A stretch of DNA of 64,000 nucleotides, taken from positions 25,606,001-25,670,000 of the forward strand of contig OZ024762.1 in NCBI GenBank assembly GCA_964016885.1, given 5' to 3'. Source of the stretch: Eledone cirrhosa. Its lineage: Eukaryota. The position numbers and the translations under genes are program-made. Under the pieces are notes generated by a model. That model was given only the letters and a program-made list of their open reading frames with translations. It had not been told where the DNA came from and made no database searches. Of this stretch, positions 43,309 through 58,469 are shown piece by piece; the stretch's first letter is position 1; every line of letters begins with the position of its first letter.

Positions 43309-44586
43309 TATATGAATGTAAAACATATACATATATATATATGTATTCTATTGGCACTTTTCATTGGGTTTTTCCACTTTCGACTGATGTGGTGAATTTC
43401 CTGGCTGCGCGCCGGGCGCTCGGAAAGTTCAGCCTTCCTCGAGTGCTTGGAAAAATCAATTTTCCCCTCTGTCGGTAAACGAAACTACTCGGAGCGGAGC
43501 GATTTACCCCGGGGCCCGCCGCACCGCCTGTTTTGACCGCCACATTATACTCATACCTATAAACTCTAGGCTTAGGCATAACTGTTAGCTGTATCATGCC
43601 TCCCTCTGCTGGCACGTAAATAAACCCCCTGTGAATTAATAGTATTCGTTTGGTACAGACGATGGCCTGTAGAAGATGGTTGATTTCCCGCTAGCACAAT
43701 CGGAACCTATCGCAGTTTAGTTCCTAGAGTACTCGCAAAAATGTATTTCCATTTATTTCGCTAGACTCGCTAGATACCACTCGAAATTGTCTGGCACGTG
43801 GTCAGGAGGTGCTGGCTGGGGTTTACAATCGAAGGCTTCTATCTTTACTCTAGATCCCACCTTGATAACTTATCGAGATTCCCTATAATACACTTAAACT
43901 TTTTCATATAAGACTCTCTCTGTAATTTCATTAAATAAGTCTCGCAACACAAACCTTTAATTTTCTATTAATTTTCTAATAATGTAATTTCATCCTATAA
44001 CTCTTAACATAAGTTAACGTTCCAATTTTCTGTTCACACATTAGACTATACAGACACCCATATATATGCCTTTGTTAAAATATGGGTTCTTTGGAATAAC
44101 ATTTTTCGCGGCGTCTTCTAGCATGTCTGTAGTGTGACCCTTGCGCTGACTTTTCTACTTTCTTTCTTTCTTTCTTCTCTTTTGTTATTCTCTGACGGAG
44201 AGGTGGTAGTACATTATAAGCCTTCGCCCCCTCACCAGATGGTCATTAGTAGACCGAGGTGAAAGCAGCTAGTTGCTCAGTCGTCCTCTCTGTCTCTGAT
44301 TTCGGACCCATGGATTTTATATATTCCTTTGTTATATTTTGAATACCTGATGATATCACCGGATTCCTACGGAACCCGGTCCTTGAAATGATCATAGTAT
44401 AATAAACTTTTCCGGGATTTACACCAGTCCAGCCTCCTGTTATTTTAATTATAATAATTATCTCCGTATTAGCACCACCAACTACACAAACGAAGACGGG
44501 TGAACTGCACTGAGTACTTTCCATAATATTACATCACGATTGACCATACGGAATGACCAATTCTATATCCAGTGGTGAACAAACAA

Positions 44587-44686
44587 TCCCGCCGAGGTTA
44601 ACTTTGCCTTTCATCCTTACGGGGTCGATAAAATAAAGTACCAGTAATGCACTGGGATAATCGCTGGCCTTGTGCCTAAAGTAGAA

Positions 44687-44690
<4 letters not shown>
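44587..44690 (+). mobile_element. SINE 3' part
   Basis: Core SINE motif. Confidence 0.8.
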
Positions 44691-45064
<374 letters not shown>

Positions 45065-45663
45065 TGTGTGTGTGTATGTATATATGTTTGTTCGTGTCTG
45101 TATGCATGTAAGCATGTCCGTCTATTTGGTTGCCGAATATGTATGTGTTCGTGTGCGAAGTACTTTTCGTCATCTTTAAGTTGTTGTAGACTATTTTCGC
45201 TTCGGCTGGTCTATACTTATTCATTGTTATCAAACCATCGGTACTATCACCATTGTATGTGCCCGAGGTATGTATATATTTTAATTCTTAGTCACCTTTA
45301 GTCATTCTATAGTATTTATTGAGGTTTTATATAAGCCTGCTCAACACTAACTAACAGTTATTTTGTTGGTTGATCTCCGACTAGAATGAAATAGTCACGT
45401 TCGGAAAAATATTTTTAAAAGATTAAGGGAATAATGATTTCCGTTAAATATACACCAAATGTTTTTCAGAAAACATTTTAGGACACGCACGCACACACTC
45501 AGACACTCATAAATAAATATATATATACATATATAATTGGTGTGGGATGCTTAAAGCGTCCGTAAGCGATAGGCCGTTTTTGAGCACTCGATGCTCTTAC
45601 AGAGCAGAGTATAATGTGTCTAATAAATCTTATTCATCACACCACTGATTCTCCGTTTCTTAT

Positions 45664-45748
<85 letters not shown>

Positions 45749-45839
45749 CAGAGAATGAAGGGTAGCCTCGGACAGAAACATGAACTTTCCTCTGTAAATA
45801 TGTATGTAGAAGCTAATCACTTTTTAAAAAATGTTATTA

Positions 45840-46370
45840 TTATTCGTATAAATATGCAATTTAACTGCATTCACTTTTGACTCTACAGGAGCAATTTTGA
45901 TGTTCTCTGGCTATTTTCTTATTGAGGATATAAGATTTAATAGGGGGACTGCAGGAGTAGCTGATTTTGACAGTTTCTAATGAAGATCTTATAGTATCTA
46001 TGTGTTCTAGGGAAATGTTTATCTAGGAGCTCTAGGAATTTTTTGCCAACATTAGTTTAACTGCTAGAGAGTAGGGGGTGTGAACCAGATTATTTTTCTT
46101 TTCCTATTATTATGTTTAAAGGAGTTAGTATTGTTGAGTATGTACTTAATCGGTTCGCTAAATCCGCTATTTTGGAGGGCTTTATTATAGTAGGGAGATG
46201 CCTTATTGAAAATAGCTTCTGAGGAAGAGAGGGTGAAGATCCTACGGCTAATATTAGGGATAAGATTTTTAAAAACTATAGGAGGATAGCAAGAGCCTTT
46301 ATTTATATATTTTAAATTTTCATTAGGTTTATGGTACGGTTTATAAGAAGCAGTAGGCAGATCTAGTGAC
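45840..46370 (-). pseudogene. PLE RT thumb/linker fragment
   Basis: Reverse translation LDLPTASYKPYHKPNENLKYIN..SEAIFNKASPYYNKALQNSGF..KIIWFTPP. Confidence 0.75.
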
Positions 46371-46740
46371 CTCTACCGACATTCACGTGACCTCTACCGA
46401 CAAATCAAAATTGTTTTGACTACAAGAATTTTTGCAACACGAATTGGCGCGAAATTTATAGTACTCATTCACGTGACATTCAACAACCAACCAAATCTTA
46501 ATACCTCTGGAGCCATTTTTTTCACATAAAAGGGGTATAATTTCCAAAACTGATCAGATTAGAGCAAACATCACAGGCGCTCTATCTCAAAATTATTTTT
46601 GAAAAGCATTAGAAATGCGCAAACGGTAAAAACTTAAAACTAAAACTGAATACTAACCAATACTTATTACTATTTTTACTTATTCCTAATTAAACTATTT
46701 TTCACTGGGAAAAATTTGTCAGCATTTTCTTTTCCTTTAA

Positions 46741-46779
<39 letters not shown>

Positions 46780-46780
<1 letters not shown>

Positions 46781-47089
46781 TGAGCCTGTATATTTTAGGT
46801 AAATGATAACGAAAATAAAAATAAAAATAAGATAATAGATTTAGGCATGCTAAAGTTAAATATATACGTATATATAAAAGGGTGTAAGTGCATTGATTAT
46901 TCATAGTTCAAAATAAATGATAATCAATAAATTTAACTAAAAATTATGCATAGAATGATATATGGAGGTTTATATGGATATAAATTAGTTATTATTGATA
47001 TAAATTATGTATTATTGATACAGTATACTTTAGGTAAATGATAACAGTTATAATTTTATATAATAAGGTTCGAAACGTGTTATAGTTAA

Positions 47090-47137
<48 letters not shown>

Positions 47138-50035
47138 AAAGCAAGGAAAGTTTACACTGTTGAATATTTTCCTAAATATAAAATTTACCGAAGAATCATT
47201 TGTCAAGTTATGGTATGTAAATCTTATGAAGTACTTATTGTTAGAAATATTTAATTAACGGTTATGTATATAGATATTTATTAATGAGCCAGTATATTTT
47301 AGGTAAATGATAACGAAAAAAATATAATAGATTGAGGCATGGAAAGTTAAATATATACCTATATATAACGGGGTGTAAATGCATTAATTATTCATAGTTC
47401 GAAATAAATAATAATCAAAAACACATGAAAAATTCACAGTTAGAAATAAGTTCTATAAAAATGTATGGGTTGGATATAAAACTAAAATTTAAACCTTAGA
47501 TAGGAAGATAAAGGTAGAGAAATAAAGAAATAATGGTATGGATCAAAGTTAATATTAAGTTATGTATATCAATGTTCCGGCATGTTATTGAACAAGTGTC
47601 TTTCATTCGAGCGTTATTTCTTCTATAGATAGATTATAAGATAATGCAATATTAAAGGCCATTAATGTTTTTCCCTGTTGATTATATGTCTGACAACCAA
47701 GTTTTTAATGGTTAAGTGTTTTTCTCTCTTTTTTTCTCGTTTTGTGAGAGGCTAAGTATGTGGACGTAGCTTTGTGGAGGCAACTAGAGAATAATTCACT
47801 TTTTTGTTAATTAGGGTCTCATAGTTATTAAATAATCAACAGGGTCCCCATTGTACAGAGCTCGCACTTATTTGATATACTGGAGTTGCGGTAAACTCCA
47901 CAGTTCCGAAGTTTAGTCCAAAGAATGGAGTATTTTAAATTCCTCTCTTTTAATGACCATATGAGCTGTGATAAAGACGTGGATGATTTCCTCTTGGTGT
48001 TTGAGAAGAAGCATTTATGGTTCGCAAATCTGGCTTTAAATGTATAAGTCTTCGATCCTATATAGTTGTATGTGTTGTGGTCAGTTTTTACGGTGCCTTT
48101 ATAAACCAAGTTACTATCTAGACAATTATTTTGCAAAGGGCAATCAGATTTATTTCTACAATTACATTTTGGTTTAGTATCATTTATGTTAACTCTATTA
48201 TTAAGATCATTATGCTGGTTTTGTTTTAGGATTTTAGTGTTTAATTTGGCAATGTTTTGGGCCATGTTCATCGTTGTCGAATATGAGAATTTAATTGTAT
48301 GGTATTTATGTTATTTATGTTGAGTAGGGAAAGAGGTGTCCAAAGCGTTAAAGAATAATTTTTCAATTGGTGTTTTGACTGCGACCGAAGCGGGGGGCGA
48401 ACCATATAACTGATTTAGTTCTAGTTCTTATCCTAGATTTATTTGGCGTATGGGTGTTTGAATTATAATTATTAGAGTTTTTCTTATATATGTTATTATT
48501 TTTATTACGATTAATACTTGGATTATTATTATCTACATATTCTATATTATTCATATATCCTGCTCTTTTTAACGCGTTGTTGTAGTATTCAGAGATTTCG
48601 TCGAATATAGCTTTATTGGCTGATATTTTAATAATTCGTTTTTGCACACTATTTACTATAGCTTTTTTACAGATTTCGGGTGATTGGAATGGTTACTAAC
48701 ATAATTTAAGTTTTCATTAGGCTTATGAAAAAGGTAATAGAAGCCAGTGTTTAAGTTAAAAGTAACGTCTAGGAAATTAACTATTTTGGTACCATTTTCT
48801 ACTTCTAACTTAAGGTCGTACTTTTTAAAGAATTCTATTATACTTTTCTTTACTCTATTTAGTTCTATATTGTTGTGTTTGACCACGGTAAATAAAATGT
48901 CGTCCCTATACAAACCACCGGTAATTTCCGGCAGTTTTCTATTTATCATATTTAATATGAAAATTCCCAGAAGATCTGTGATTTGCGCGGAATTGGATGC
49001 CCCCATAGTGATATCAAAATTTCTATCTCTATCTGAGCGGGTCCAATATTCGTTGTTGAAGTTAATAAGAGTTCTTCTGGCTGTTAGTATTATGTCTATT
49101 TCATCCGTGGTTATATCAGTATGCTTATAAGCATATGAAAGAGCCTTATTTAGAAGGCTAGGTGTTATGGAAGAATAGTATCTAGTAATGTCCATCTGGA
49201 TGAATTTATGGTTTTTCTAATCTTCTATATTCTTGTACCATTCTATGACTTCGTTTGGATCTTTCAATAAGCTCAAATTAGATCTCAATTTAAGGGTGGG
49301 TAATAATCTATCTATAATGTTTTTACTGATTACTCCAATATCCGATTTCGATGGAGCAATCAGTCTAACTAACATATTTTCCTCAGCTAAATCCTTTAAA
49401 ATTTATCATCATAAAATTCTGAAGTTTAGAAATGTTAAAACACCTATTGAATTTACAAAACTAATAAATAACCTGCAATTTAAAAAAAAAAAACCTAAAT
49501 TCTTGACTCTTCACCCTAAAATAGCATAAATTAAATATTTTCAAACTTAACCGTTTAACTTTCGGAAAATCTCCTACATATATTCCCTCTCTCTATCTAT
49601 ATATATATATTACATCAGCGGCTTTCATTAACCGCTTTCCCTGATAAATTGTAGTATCATACATTTTAAAATCTCTATAACTGTTAAATTAAGCAACGTT
49701 TTTCTTACTCACACATTCTCTATTGAATTTATTACGTTTTCACATTTTCTCATATTTAGGGTATAAATGTTAAACTTTCTCTTAGGTTAATCACTACCTT
49801 CATTAAATCTTAACCATTTAACATCTCAGGGTATGTCATATATCATTATATTTTGTCTGATGAGGACGTACTGTTGTACATCCGAAATATGTATAGTAAA
49901 ATGTAATTGATAAAAAGAACATCTATTTTATTAATATTTGTATTTAAATATTAATAACTCTGGAAAATTATTTTTCCATAGTGCTTCCAATCTACTGTAA
50001 AACTCATTGAATATTGTTTAACTCTTTAATATTTA
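46780..50035 (-). mobile_element. Hydra-clade-like PLE (same family as 139-2650) with an inverted 3'-end segment at 49388-50035
   Basis: ORFs 48656-49195 (YRDD), 48363-48647 and 47828-48271; 49388-49947 is homologous to ~2070-2648 on +. Confidence 0.85.
49845..49907 (+). ncRNA. Type I hammerhead
   Basis: ATTATATTTTGT-CTGATGA-GGACGTAC/GTACATCC-GAAA-TATGTATA-GTAAAATGTAAT. Confidence 0.75.
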
Positions 50036-50057
50036 TATATATATATAAATCTATATA

Positions 50058-51640
50058 GTGGTGGAACACTGGAAAGTAATATCCGTAGTGGTAGAGCACT
50101 CAGTCCAAGGGACGAGTTAGGTATAAGCGGTTACACAACAGTTAGTTCACCATACCGAAACAATTGTTTCACCTTCGAGGATCTTCAGCTCGGAATGGGC
50201 ATGGTTATAGGAACAGGAAGGACAACCGTACGAACGGGCATGCGCAGAAACGCGGTCACTTCACACAGGCAATACTAGACTGCGTGCGAGAAGTTCAAGG
50301 GAGATAACTGTGAAAGTCCGAAAAGTTTTTAGGTTGAAAATAAAATTACAAAGAATCAGTCCGGAGCCTTATAGTTATGCAGTAGGTGTTTGGCGACGTG
50401 TGGACAGCGTGTGAAAAATTCACCCCTCATGTTTAGGCAATCACTATTGCGTAATCTCTTTAGAATAGTTATTCGTTCGTCAATACAGAAGCCACACGTC
50501 AGATTTCCCCTTGTGTGTGGCTTGGACTTAGTGATGGCTTTCCATTGAATGGAGTAGTCTATACTTGAGTCCTTGACGGACCATACGTGGCTCGCGAGTT
50601 TCGTGGATGAACGTCTGTCAGGGTATCTGAAGGTAGACTGGTGGTTCGGGAAACATTCCTTGAATCGGCCCTCCGCCATGCCCACATAGGATTTGACCTC
50701 CTGTGGTTCGTTTGGTCGGTTGGAAGTGACCACAGCTTCATAGATTACAGCTGGTGTGTTGCATTGCTGTTGAAGGTGCAAGCTTCAGGCTTACGGCAAG
50801 CGCACCCTGGTGGGATGTTGCTCCTAGGGCTGCTGGTGATGTGGGTCTTTATGTTCTTAGCGCAGGAGTATTCTAGTTTAACTTTGTGTCTGTTAAAGAT
50901 GGAGCGGTATTTATGACCTATGGGGAAGTGTCTATCTAAGAGGGCTAGAAATTGTTTTCCTACATTGGTTTTAACGTTGAGTGAGAAGGGGGGAGAGAAC
51001 CAGATAGTTTGTCTATTGATGCGCTTACTTTTCTTAATAGTGTTGTTGCTAGTGGGAGAGTAAGTGATAGGTTGTGAGAAGCCGCTGTTAGCCAACGCCG
51101 TGTTATAGTAGGGTGCCGCCCTGTCAAAGATAGCCTTATTAGAGGAGAGGTTTGAGATTCTAGTACTGATATACTTAACGATGTTTCTAAAAACAGTGGG
51201 AGGGTGGCATGAGTCCTTGTGAATGTAATTATGTTTCTCGTTTAGCTTATGGAAGGGTCTGTGGCTGTGTGTGCGAAAGTCTAAATTAATGTCTAAGAAA
51301 TCTACGCTAGAGAGGTTGGTGGCTACTGTTATCCTAAGTCCTAACACCTTGAAAGTAGAAGCTAAGTCTTTTTTAAACCGGTCGAGGTCGTGACCACTTT
51401 TATGGCTCGATAAAGTCAGTCCATCGTCACGGTATATTCCCGTGTGGTAGTCCGGGAATCTAACACGTAATATGTCTAAGATAAAAAGGCCAACCAAGTC
51501 ACATACGTCAGCACTGTCAAACGATCCCATGGAGACGTTGAACAGGTCTGAAGATGTAGACATCTTTGAACAGGCTACGCCGTCGTTGAAGGGGAGGATT
51601 TTCCAGCAGTGAGCGATGATTTGCCTGTCTAAACCATCGA
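50058..51640 (-). mobile_element. 5'-truncated Hydra-clade-like PLE with short 3' region
   Basis: ORFs 50745-51563 (MGSFDSAD, GIYRDD, CACRKPEAC) and 50356-50781 (VIYEA..YVG..FK..NH, CGFC); HHR 50155-50193. Confidence 0.88.
50155..50193 (-). ncRNA. Minimal type I hammerhead
   Basis: CCGAG-CTGAAGA-TCCTCGAAGGT-GAAA-CAATTG-TT-TCGG. Confidence 0.75.
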
Positions 51641-51915
51641 TATATGTATATGTATATATATAAATATATATATATATCTATATATCTATATCTATATTAG
51701 CCTTTCTTCGATGTTGTTTACTTGTCTCACTCGCTGTACGCGTTTCACTTGTCCCAATAGCTTATTTTAGTTATTGCTCGCACCAACGTGAGGTATATGA
51801 TTTTTAATGCGATGAAATACCAATGATCGTTGGCAAATCACTGATGAGGGACTAATTTCATAATATGTAATCCATGTGCAACCATGCAACCATGCAGTAT
51901 TCTTCTCCCCATATT

Positions 51916-51952
<37 letters not shown>

Positions 51953-53023
51953 GCAAAAGACGAACAGAAAATATAAAGCAAACGACAGAGTACCAATAAC
52001 TTTCTGGCGTGGATTTAATCGATGTTCCCTTCTCCACAAATTGCTGGCCTTTTGACTAAAGTAGACACAATTATTATTATTATTATTGGACGCACATGTA
52101 TGAAGACGTACAAATCTTCGTGGGAAAAGTTTCGTAACTTTAAGCTGTTTTAAAGTAACATTTTTTGTATTTTCTTGTCGTTAACGAAACATAAGGTACC
52201 CACCTAGGTATCAAGGGAGGGATACTCTCAATATTCGGGATTTAAGCCCGAATATTCAGATTTATTTGTTAAAACATCGAAAAAATTCGCTTCCACACCA
52301 AGACAAAAAAAATGGAAATATTCGACCTTGAAACGGTAAACAACGTTGAGGTCAAAAGTTCAAAAGCAGCCATTGTAGATTTCACCACAACTACGACTAC
52401 TACGGACATATCTGTCGATATTTCACTGAATGTGAAGGCAAAACTCAAATGCTACCATCACAACCGCTCCCTTCTGTGTTAGCAGCAGTATCATCAGAAA
52501 ACCCCATCACCACCACCACCACCACAACAACAACATCAACTCACAGCAACAACGACAATAACACCGACAGCTTCAATGTAAACACGGATGGCGGTGGCAA
52601 CAGCAACAACAGACAAAATAACAACAACAACAACACCAATAACATCAGCAAGAACGACAACACCAACAACAAGAGCAACAGAGGCACCACATTTGCTGCA
52701 GCAGCAGCAAAAACAAAACGCTAATTGAATATTGATATTAGCGATAAAGACGAACGGTTGGCCCAGGCGTGGAGGTTAATTAAACGGGAGAAGTCCTGGC
52801 AAACATGACCATGCCGGACGGGGCAGTAGCGGCCATGCAAAGGAGGACGGTGTACTTTCGATGTATTTCGGTGCAGACACGCAAAGTGGAACTTGCCAGC
52901 CAAGCGGAGATCGAGGCTGCTTTGGAGTGCATCGGAAGTGACATAGAGTATAAAGCAAGGGCCAAATAGTTCGGTACCACCTCGGTACTGTTCAAAACCG
53001 AGGCGTTTGCTATTGAGCACTCG

Positions 53024-54217
53024 GTGACCCCCTGCAGAACGGAACGCATTATCATACACCCGTCCTACGAGGGTAAAAGGACAGTAAAGGTCCGCATTCC
53101 CAGTATCCCACCGGGAATGAACATATGGTGGCTCCTGGGATGCGTATTCGAAGAGGGGACAGACACTACCCTCCTGGATATCAAAAGGACAGAGAGAGCA
53201 GACTGGTCCGGAATGGATTTGGAGATTCTTCTCCAAATGAAACCACAGGACATGAAGAACATCAGGGATTTGTCCCGCCTGCAGGACGGGACAACAATCC
53301 AACTAATCACTGAGGTAAGACGGCCGCACTGCTTCGTCTGCGAGGAAGCAACGCATCTGCAAGCCTTCTGCCCTCAGCGCAAAAATGCAGGGGGTCGCAA
53401 ACCTCCTTTGTTGCTAACGCCAGTCTCAGCACGGAAATCTGCACCACCACCACCAAAAACAACACCAACAAAGACACGGACACCAACATCAAAAACAGCC
53501 GGACCACCACCAACACCAAAACCAATCCAAGGGGAAAACGAGCAAAGCACTCCCACTCCCCCTACCGACAAAACAATAAATGCACACACAGACACAGAGA
53601 CACTCACAGCCACAGACCCTTTGTCTTCCAGCAGCGAAGATGAAGGAAAACCCCAAAGTGCCAAAAAACAGAGAAAACTCACCAAAAGAAGCCCCAACAA
53701 AACAAAAAAACATACACAACAAAAAATACAGACACCACTAACGCAAACAAACACTTCCCCAATAACACCAGCACCAACAGCAACATCGACACCACACCCA
53801 AAATCCCCGAAACGCAAACAACCTAAACAAACAAAAGTACAAATAAACACACAAATATCTGAAATTGCAGACACTACACCTACAACAAACACAGACATAC
53901 CCGAAACAACACCACCAAAACCATCACCACCACAGTCACCAAAACGAAAACAAATAAAACCACACCAACAAAATGTTAAAAACTTCGTGCTTGTCAGAGG
54001 GACCAACGATAAACTGATGGCCTTCTTAGCACGAAGCGAGGAGATTCAAACAGAGAGGGAGATCTTTGAAATGAGCACATTTTGCGTGCCAGAAGATTTG
54101 CTTCTGGTCCGAATGTCACTCGATTCCTTCAAAGAAATTCGGGAGAGCTTTCCTCAAGACGTGGGAACCCCGAATGTGAAACCCACATCGAGACTTTTCA
54201 ATGGGTTCCCAAAATAA
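53024..54217 (+). pseudogene. Tx1-like ORF1 (CCHC zinc knuckle, P/T/K-rich)
   Basis: CX2CX4HX4C motif. Confidence 0.8.
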
Positions 54218-54306
54218 ACTCCACCAACCATGGAGGTCGAACCACCCGACCTTCACAAGACCCTGGGAGGTAAGTAAACATTCCCTCTCTCTTATAGCTT
54301 GCCAAC

Positions 54307-57300
54307 ATGGCCATATTAAGCGTAGGAAGTTTAAATGTTCGCAGCATGGGGTCACCCTGGAAGCAGGGTCGCCTGCTCAACGACCTCAGGTCGCTGGAAA
54401 TGGATGTGATTGCCGTCAGCGAGACCAGAATTTCCGACAAGCGCGCACTAGCCCCCATTTTCGACGACTATCTGATCTTCGCATCTGTTAACAGGCTGGG
54501 ATGGGAGATGGGGTGGCAGTGCGGTAAGTTAGTGGTCTTGGATGTAAGCAGTAGCGATGGTGGTGCCTTTACTGCTGGCCGTCTACGCCCCTACAGAGGC
54601 CGGACGACCGGACTTCTTTAGGCACTTGGATACTTTCTGGGTACGTCTCACCCTTTACTGTTAGCGGGGGACTGAAAAGGCATCTTAGTCGCACGCTGGG
54701 ATTGTGTGGGAGTAGCTGAAAGGAGCGGGGGTGCAAAAGCCTCAAGCACCTAACCAGCCATTTCCAACTGTCTGAAAGGTATCGACTAGATTTCTCCAAT
54801 GCGCCAGTATGGACATGGACCAACCGCATGCGGTCATCTAGATCGTATATAGACAGGATCTTCATTAGGAAAATAGATAGAAATAGTGTTGGCTGCCCAC
54901 TTTTTAAAACGGTCGCCTATTCAGATCACAAATTTGTGATCTGTATGGTCGACCTAGAGAAAACTCGTAGGTTGGGACCGGGTTACTGGAAGCTGAACAT
55001 GTCATTTCCTGCACGTAACGCTTACATGGACCGAGTCAACAATTTAGTTAAGCAAAAGCTGACAGGGGGATCATCAACAACAGATGGTGGTGGGCTCTCC
55101 AAAGAGAGATTAGAGTAACTTCGATAGAGTTCAGCAAAGAACTAGCGTTAGAGAAAAATAGAAAGGAGGGGGAGCTGGTAGATGAGTTAGACGAGGCTAT
55201 TTGTAGTGGCATTGCAACTGACGTGCTAGCGGCGAGAATGGCATTAGACCATTTATTCAATGTGAAACACGAAGGTTGCATTGTCAGAGCTAAGGCGCGT
55301 GCGCTGAGAAACGAGGGAACCAAAGCTGTTCGATCGGCCAGCGTGGCGGAGGCGCAGCGTGGTAATAAAACCACAATTCGGTCTTTGGCGGACTGAGGCG
55401 GACAGGAGATAAGCGATTCCAAGCGGATGTGTGAGGCCTATCGTCAGCCCTTTGCTCGGTTGTTCGGGGAGAGTGGCGAGTCAGAGAGAGTAGCGGATTT
55501 CAGTCCCTACCTTAACGGCTTGCCGCGCATCTCGACGGACGACGCTGAGCGCTGCGAAAGGTCGATTACTTCAGCCGAAATTCAGGACGGATGGCTTGGA
55601 TGGCCTGCCTACTAGCTTTACTTAAATATGCCAGACTTGTTCTCTGATTTACTCGAAGCACTCTACTGCAACTGGCAACAGAATGTGAGTATTCCCCGTT
55701 CTGTGAGCCGGTGAGTGGTGACGCTGATAAGGAAAGACGAGAACAAGAGGGATACATTAGACAACTTCAGGCCCATAACTCTGCACAACACAGAGTTAAA
55801 GATTTTGGATAAGTGTTAGCAAAGAGATAGGCGCTTGTCGTCGAGGATTTGGTTGGGGAGGCGCAAACTTGCGCAATCCCAGCCAGGTCCATACACGACA
55901 ATCTCCACCTCATGCGATACATCATAGAGAGGGTAGGGTGTAAACCTGGCTTCGGTGGGGCACTGATCAATTTAGATCAATCGAAAGCATTCGATAGGGC
56001 CGACCATCGGTATCTGGAGTTTGTCCTCAAAGCGGCTGGTTTCGGCCCTGTCTTCAGAAGCTGGATCGCTGCAATGCACACGTTCGGTGGTCAAGGTTAA
56101 TGGTCACCTCTTGGAACCATTTCGGCTATCCCGATCGGTCCATCAAGGGTGCCCTCTCTCTTACCTTCTGTACGTATTGACTCTCAACCCTTTGCTGCGG
56201 AAGCTGGAGCTGTTGCAGGGTATCCCGCTCGAACCGGGACGTGGAAAGGCGGTGTCGGCTTATGCGGAAGACATCACCGTGATGGTGTAGGACACCTCAG
56301 AAATTGAGGTGGTCGGCACCTTATTGAAGGAATATTAAAGGTTGACAAGAGCCAAACTTAACCCGGAAAAGTCGGTGGGACTGCAGTTCGGAACCTGGAG
56401 AGGCAAGCCTATGCCGTCCAAGAGCGTCGTGGGGCGCTGGACGGACGGACCGGTAAAGTTGCTCGGGGTTTGGTTCGGAACAGACCTCCAGGTTGAAATG
56501 AAATGGGACGAGGTAACGAGCAGAGTAGCCAGTCTCACCCAAAAATGGGCTGGGCGGAAGCTATCACTGAAAGGTCGCGCGGAGGTGGCGAATGCGTACA
56601 TCGCGTCCGTCATCTACTACCGCCTGATCGTCTTGCCTTTCCCCCGTCCGCGCCTCGTCAAGTTGGAACGGCTCCTCTTCGAATTCCTGTGGAGGGGACA
56701 AGTTCCGTTGGTGAGGCGGTCCATCTTCTGCCAGCACCCTCTACGCGGAGGGCTGGGCATACCGTGGCTAATGTTGCGCAGACATGTGTTGAGGCTGCGA
56801 CATCTCCAGATATTCTGCCTAAATGGTGAACAGGTGTGGTCGCCGTTTATCAGACAGGCCTTTCCGAAGCTCGTTTCTTTGACTGAGATCCAGTGCTGGG
56901 TCAAGAAGAGACTGACACTGGGCGACTGGCACCTGGAATGTTGCCAGGCACTCACTGCCCTCTACCAAGCGGGCAATGCAATCAGTGGAACTTCCACTCT
57001 CGAGTTCTATAGAGGATTAGTGGTGGGCAAGTGCGATGACGTACTCGGAGAAGCTTTGGGCCTCGACGAAGTCGAACTGACCTGTCTGCACCGGAGGACT
57101 TTCGAGCCGGGGACGATCGACAATGTCCAGAAATCCCACGCTTGGCAGTACTAGCGGGGGGGCACTGCTGGTTCGAGATAAACTCTACAGGCACGGAAGT
57201 GCTGTCAGACAGACCCACCCAAGATGCGCACAGAATGTCCGTGCATTACTGACTTGTGGAGTTATGTCGAACAGCTACTGTCGCGTGTGAAACGAATCCT

Positions 57301-57601
57301 GCTATCGGCCGTGTCCATAGTGAAGATCGATCCACCGCCTTCCTTAGGTCAGGAAGAGCAGGAAATTTTCCTGTCTGGTGGCAGTTGCGAAAGAGGTTAT
57401 ATGGTGACCAGATTAAAAGGACTAAAGACAGACATTTTTCTCTTCGGCCAATCCCTCATAAACTTCTTCAAGTTTCACCTGGAAAGGAAGGTGAGGGTGG
57501 AGAGAGATCCCCCCCCCCCCCCACGTACATTAGCTAAAAGGTGGATGAAATTGGCGAGAATGGCTCGTGTGAATGGGCCTACTCTGACCATGCCCCTATA
57601 G
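54307..57601 (+). pseudogene. Tx1-like ORF2 (APE endonuclease plus RT), fragmented
   Basis: Motifs spread across several frames. Confidence 0.88.
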
Positions 57602-57914
57602 GTTAGCTAACTTGAGGAGAGGGGTGCTCTCCCTGGGTGCCCTAGAAGCGCAGGGTGGTTCAGGATTGGTGGGGTACCTGAGTCACCCCAGGGTCGTCCA
57701 CCCCCTAGAGGGGAATTTATTTTGTTATATTTATGCATAGTTTATTTTATATTTTTTATATCTTCATTGTTAAATTAGTCTTGCCATTGTACACTTTTAC
57801 TCGACCTTATTGTAAACCCCCACTGTCCCTGTCTTTGTATTGTACCCTACATGTCGGCCCTTGTGGCTAATAAATGAAATCATTATTATTATTATTATTA
57901 TAATTATTTCGGAA

Positions 57915-58105
57915 AGGATGGTGGATTGGCAGAATTGGTAGAGCGTTGGACACCCTGCTTTGCGCATAGTTACGTCTCTATACGTTGCCTTTCATCCTTA
58001 CGGGGTCAATAAAATAAAGTACCAGTAATACACTAGGGTAGATTTAATCTACTTTCCCCTCTTACCAAATTACTGGCCTTGTGCCTATACTAGAAATCTT
58101 TATTA
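57915..58105 (+). mobile_element. tRNA-SINE
   Basis: TGGCAGAATTGGTAGAGCG head plus SINE core. Confidence 0.75.
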
Positions 58106-58469
58106 TTTCGGAAATTATCTTTTTTCATGCAAACAACTACCACTCGGCTTTTGTTTCCAATTATGCCGGATATTTAAATTAATTAATAGGTTTTAGGGTA
58201 CGTTACTTAGTACATTGCTGTTGGGTAGACACTATTTCAATAATAATATACCCAGGGTGTCGTGGGAATCCGCTTGATCTTTGAACGTGGCCCCATTATA
58301 ACAAGACTGTCCCCCGGCTAACTTAACAAGAAAAATTTACATCTGATAAAGTAATGCTAGATACACTATGTTTGAATTTTAAGGGAATAAAAAGAAAATA
58401 TTAAATTGGGCGTGGCTGAAATTCTTTTGATAAACGTGTTTCATCATGTTTCTCCTGCAGCTAAATACA

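Larger units (their letters stand above)
52089..57881 (+). mobile_element. Decayed near full-length Tx1/L1-clade LINE
   Basis: ORF1 with CFVCEEATHLQAFC knuckle; ORF2 APE (SLNVR, VSETR, IDRIF, SDH, YWKLN) and RT (FRPITL, LDQSKAFDR, QGCPLS, AYAED); many stops and frameshifts; (ATT)n on both flanks. Confidence 0.9.
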
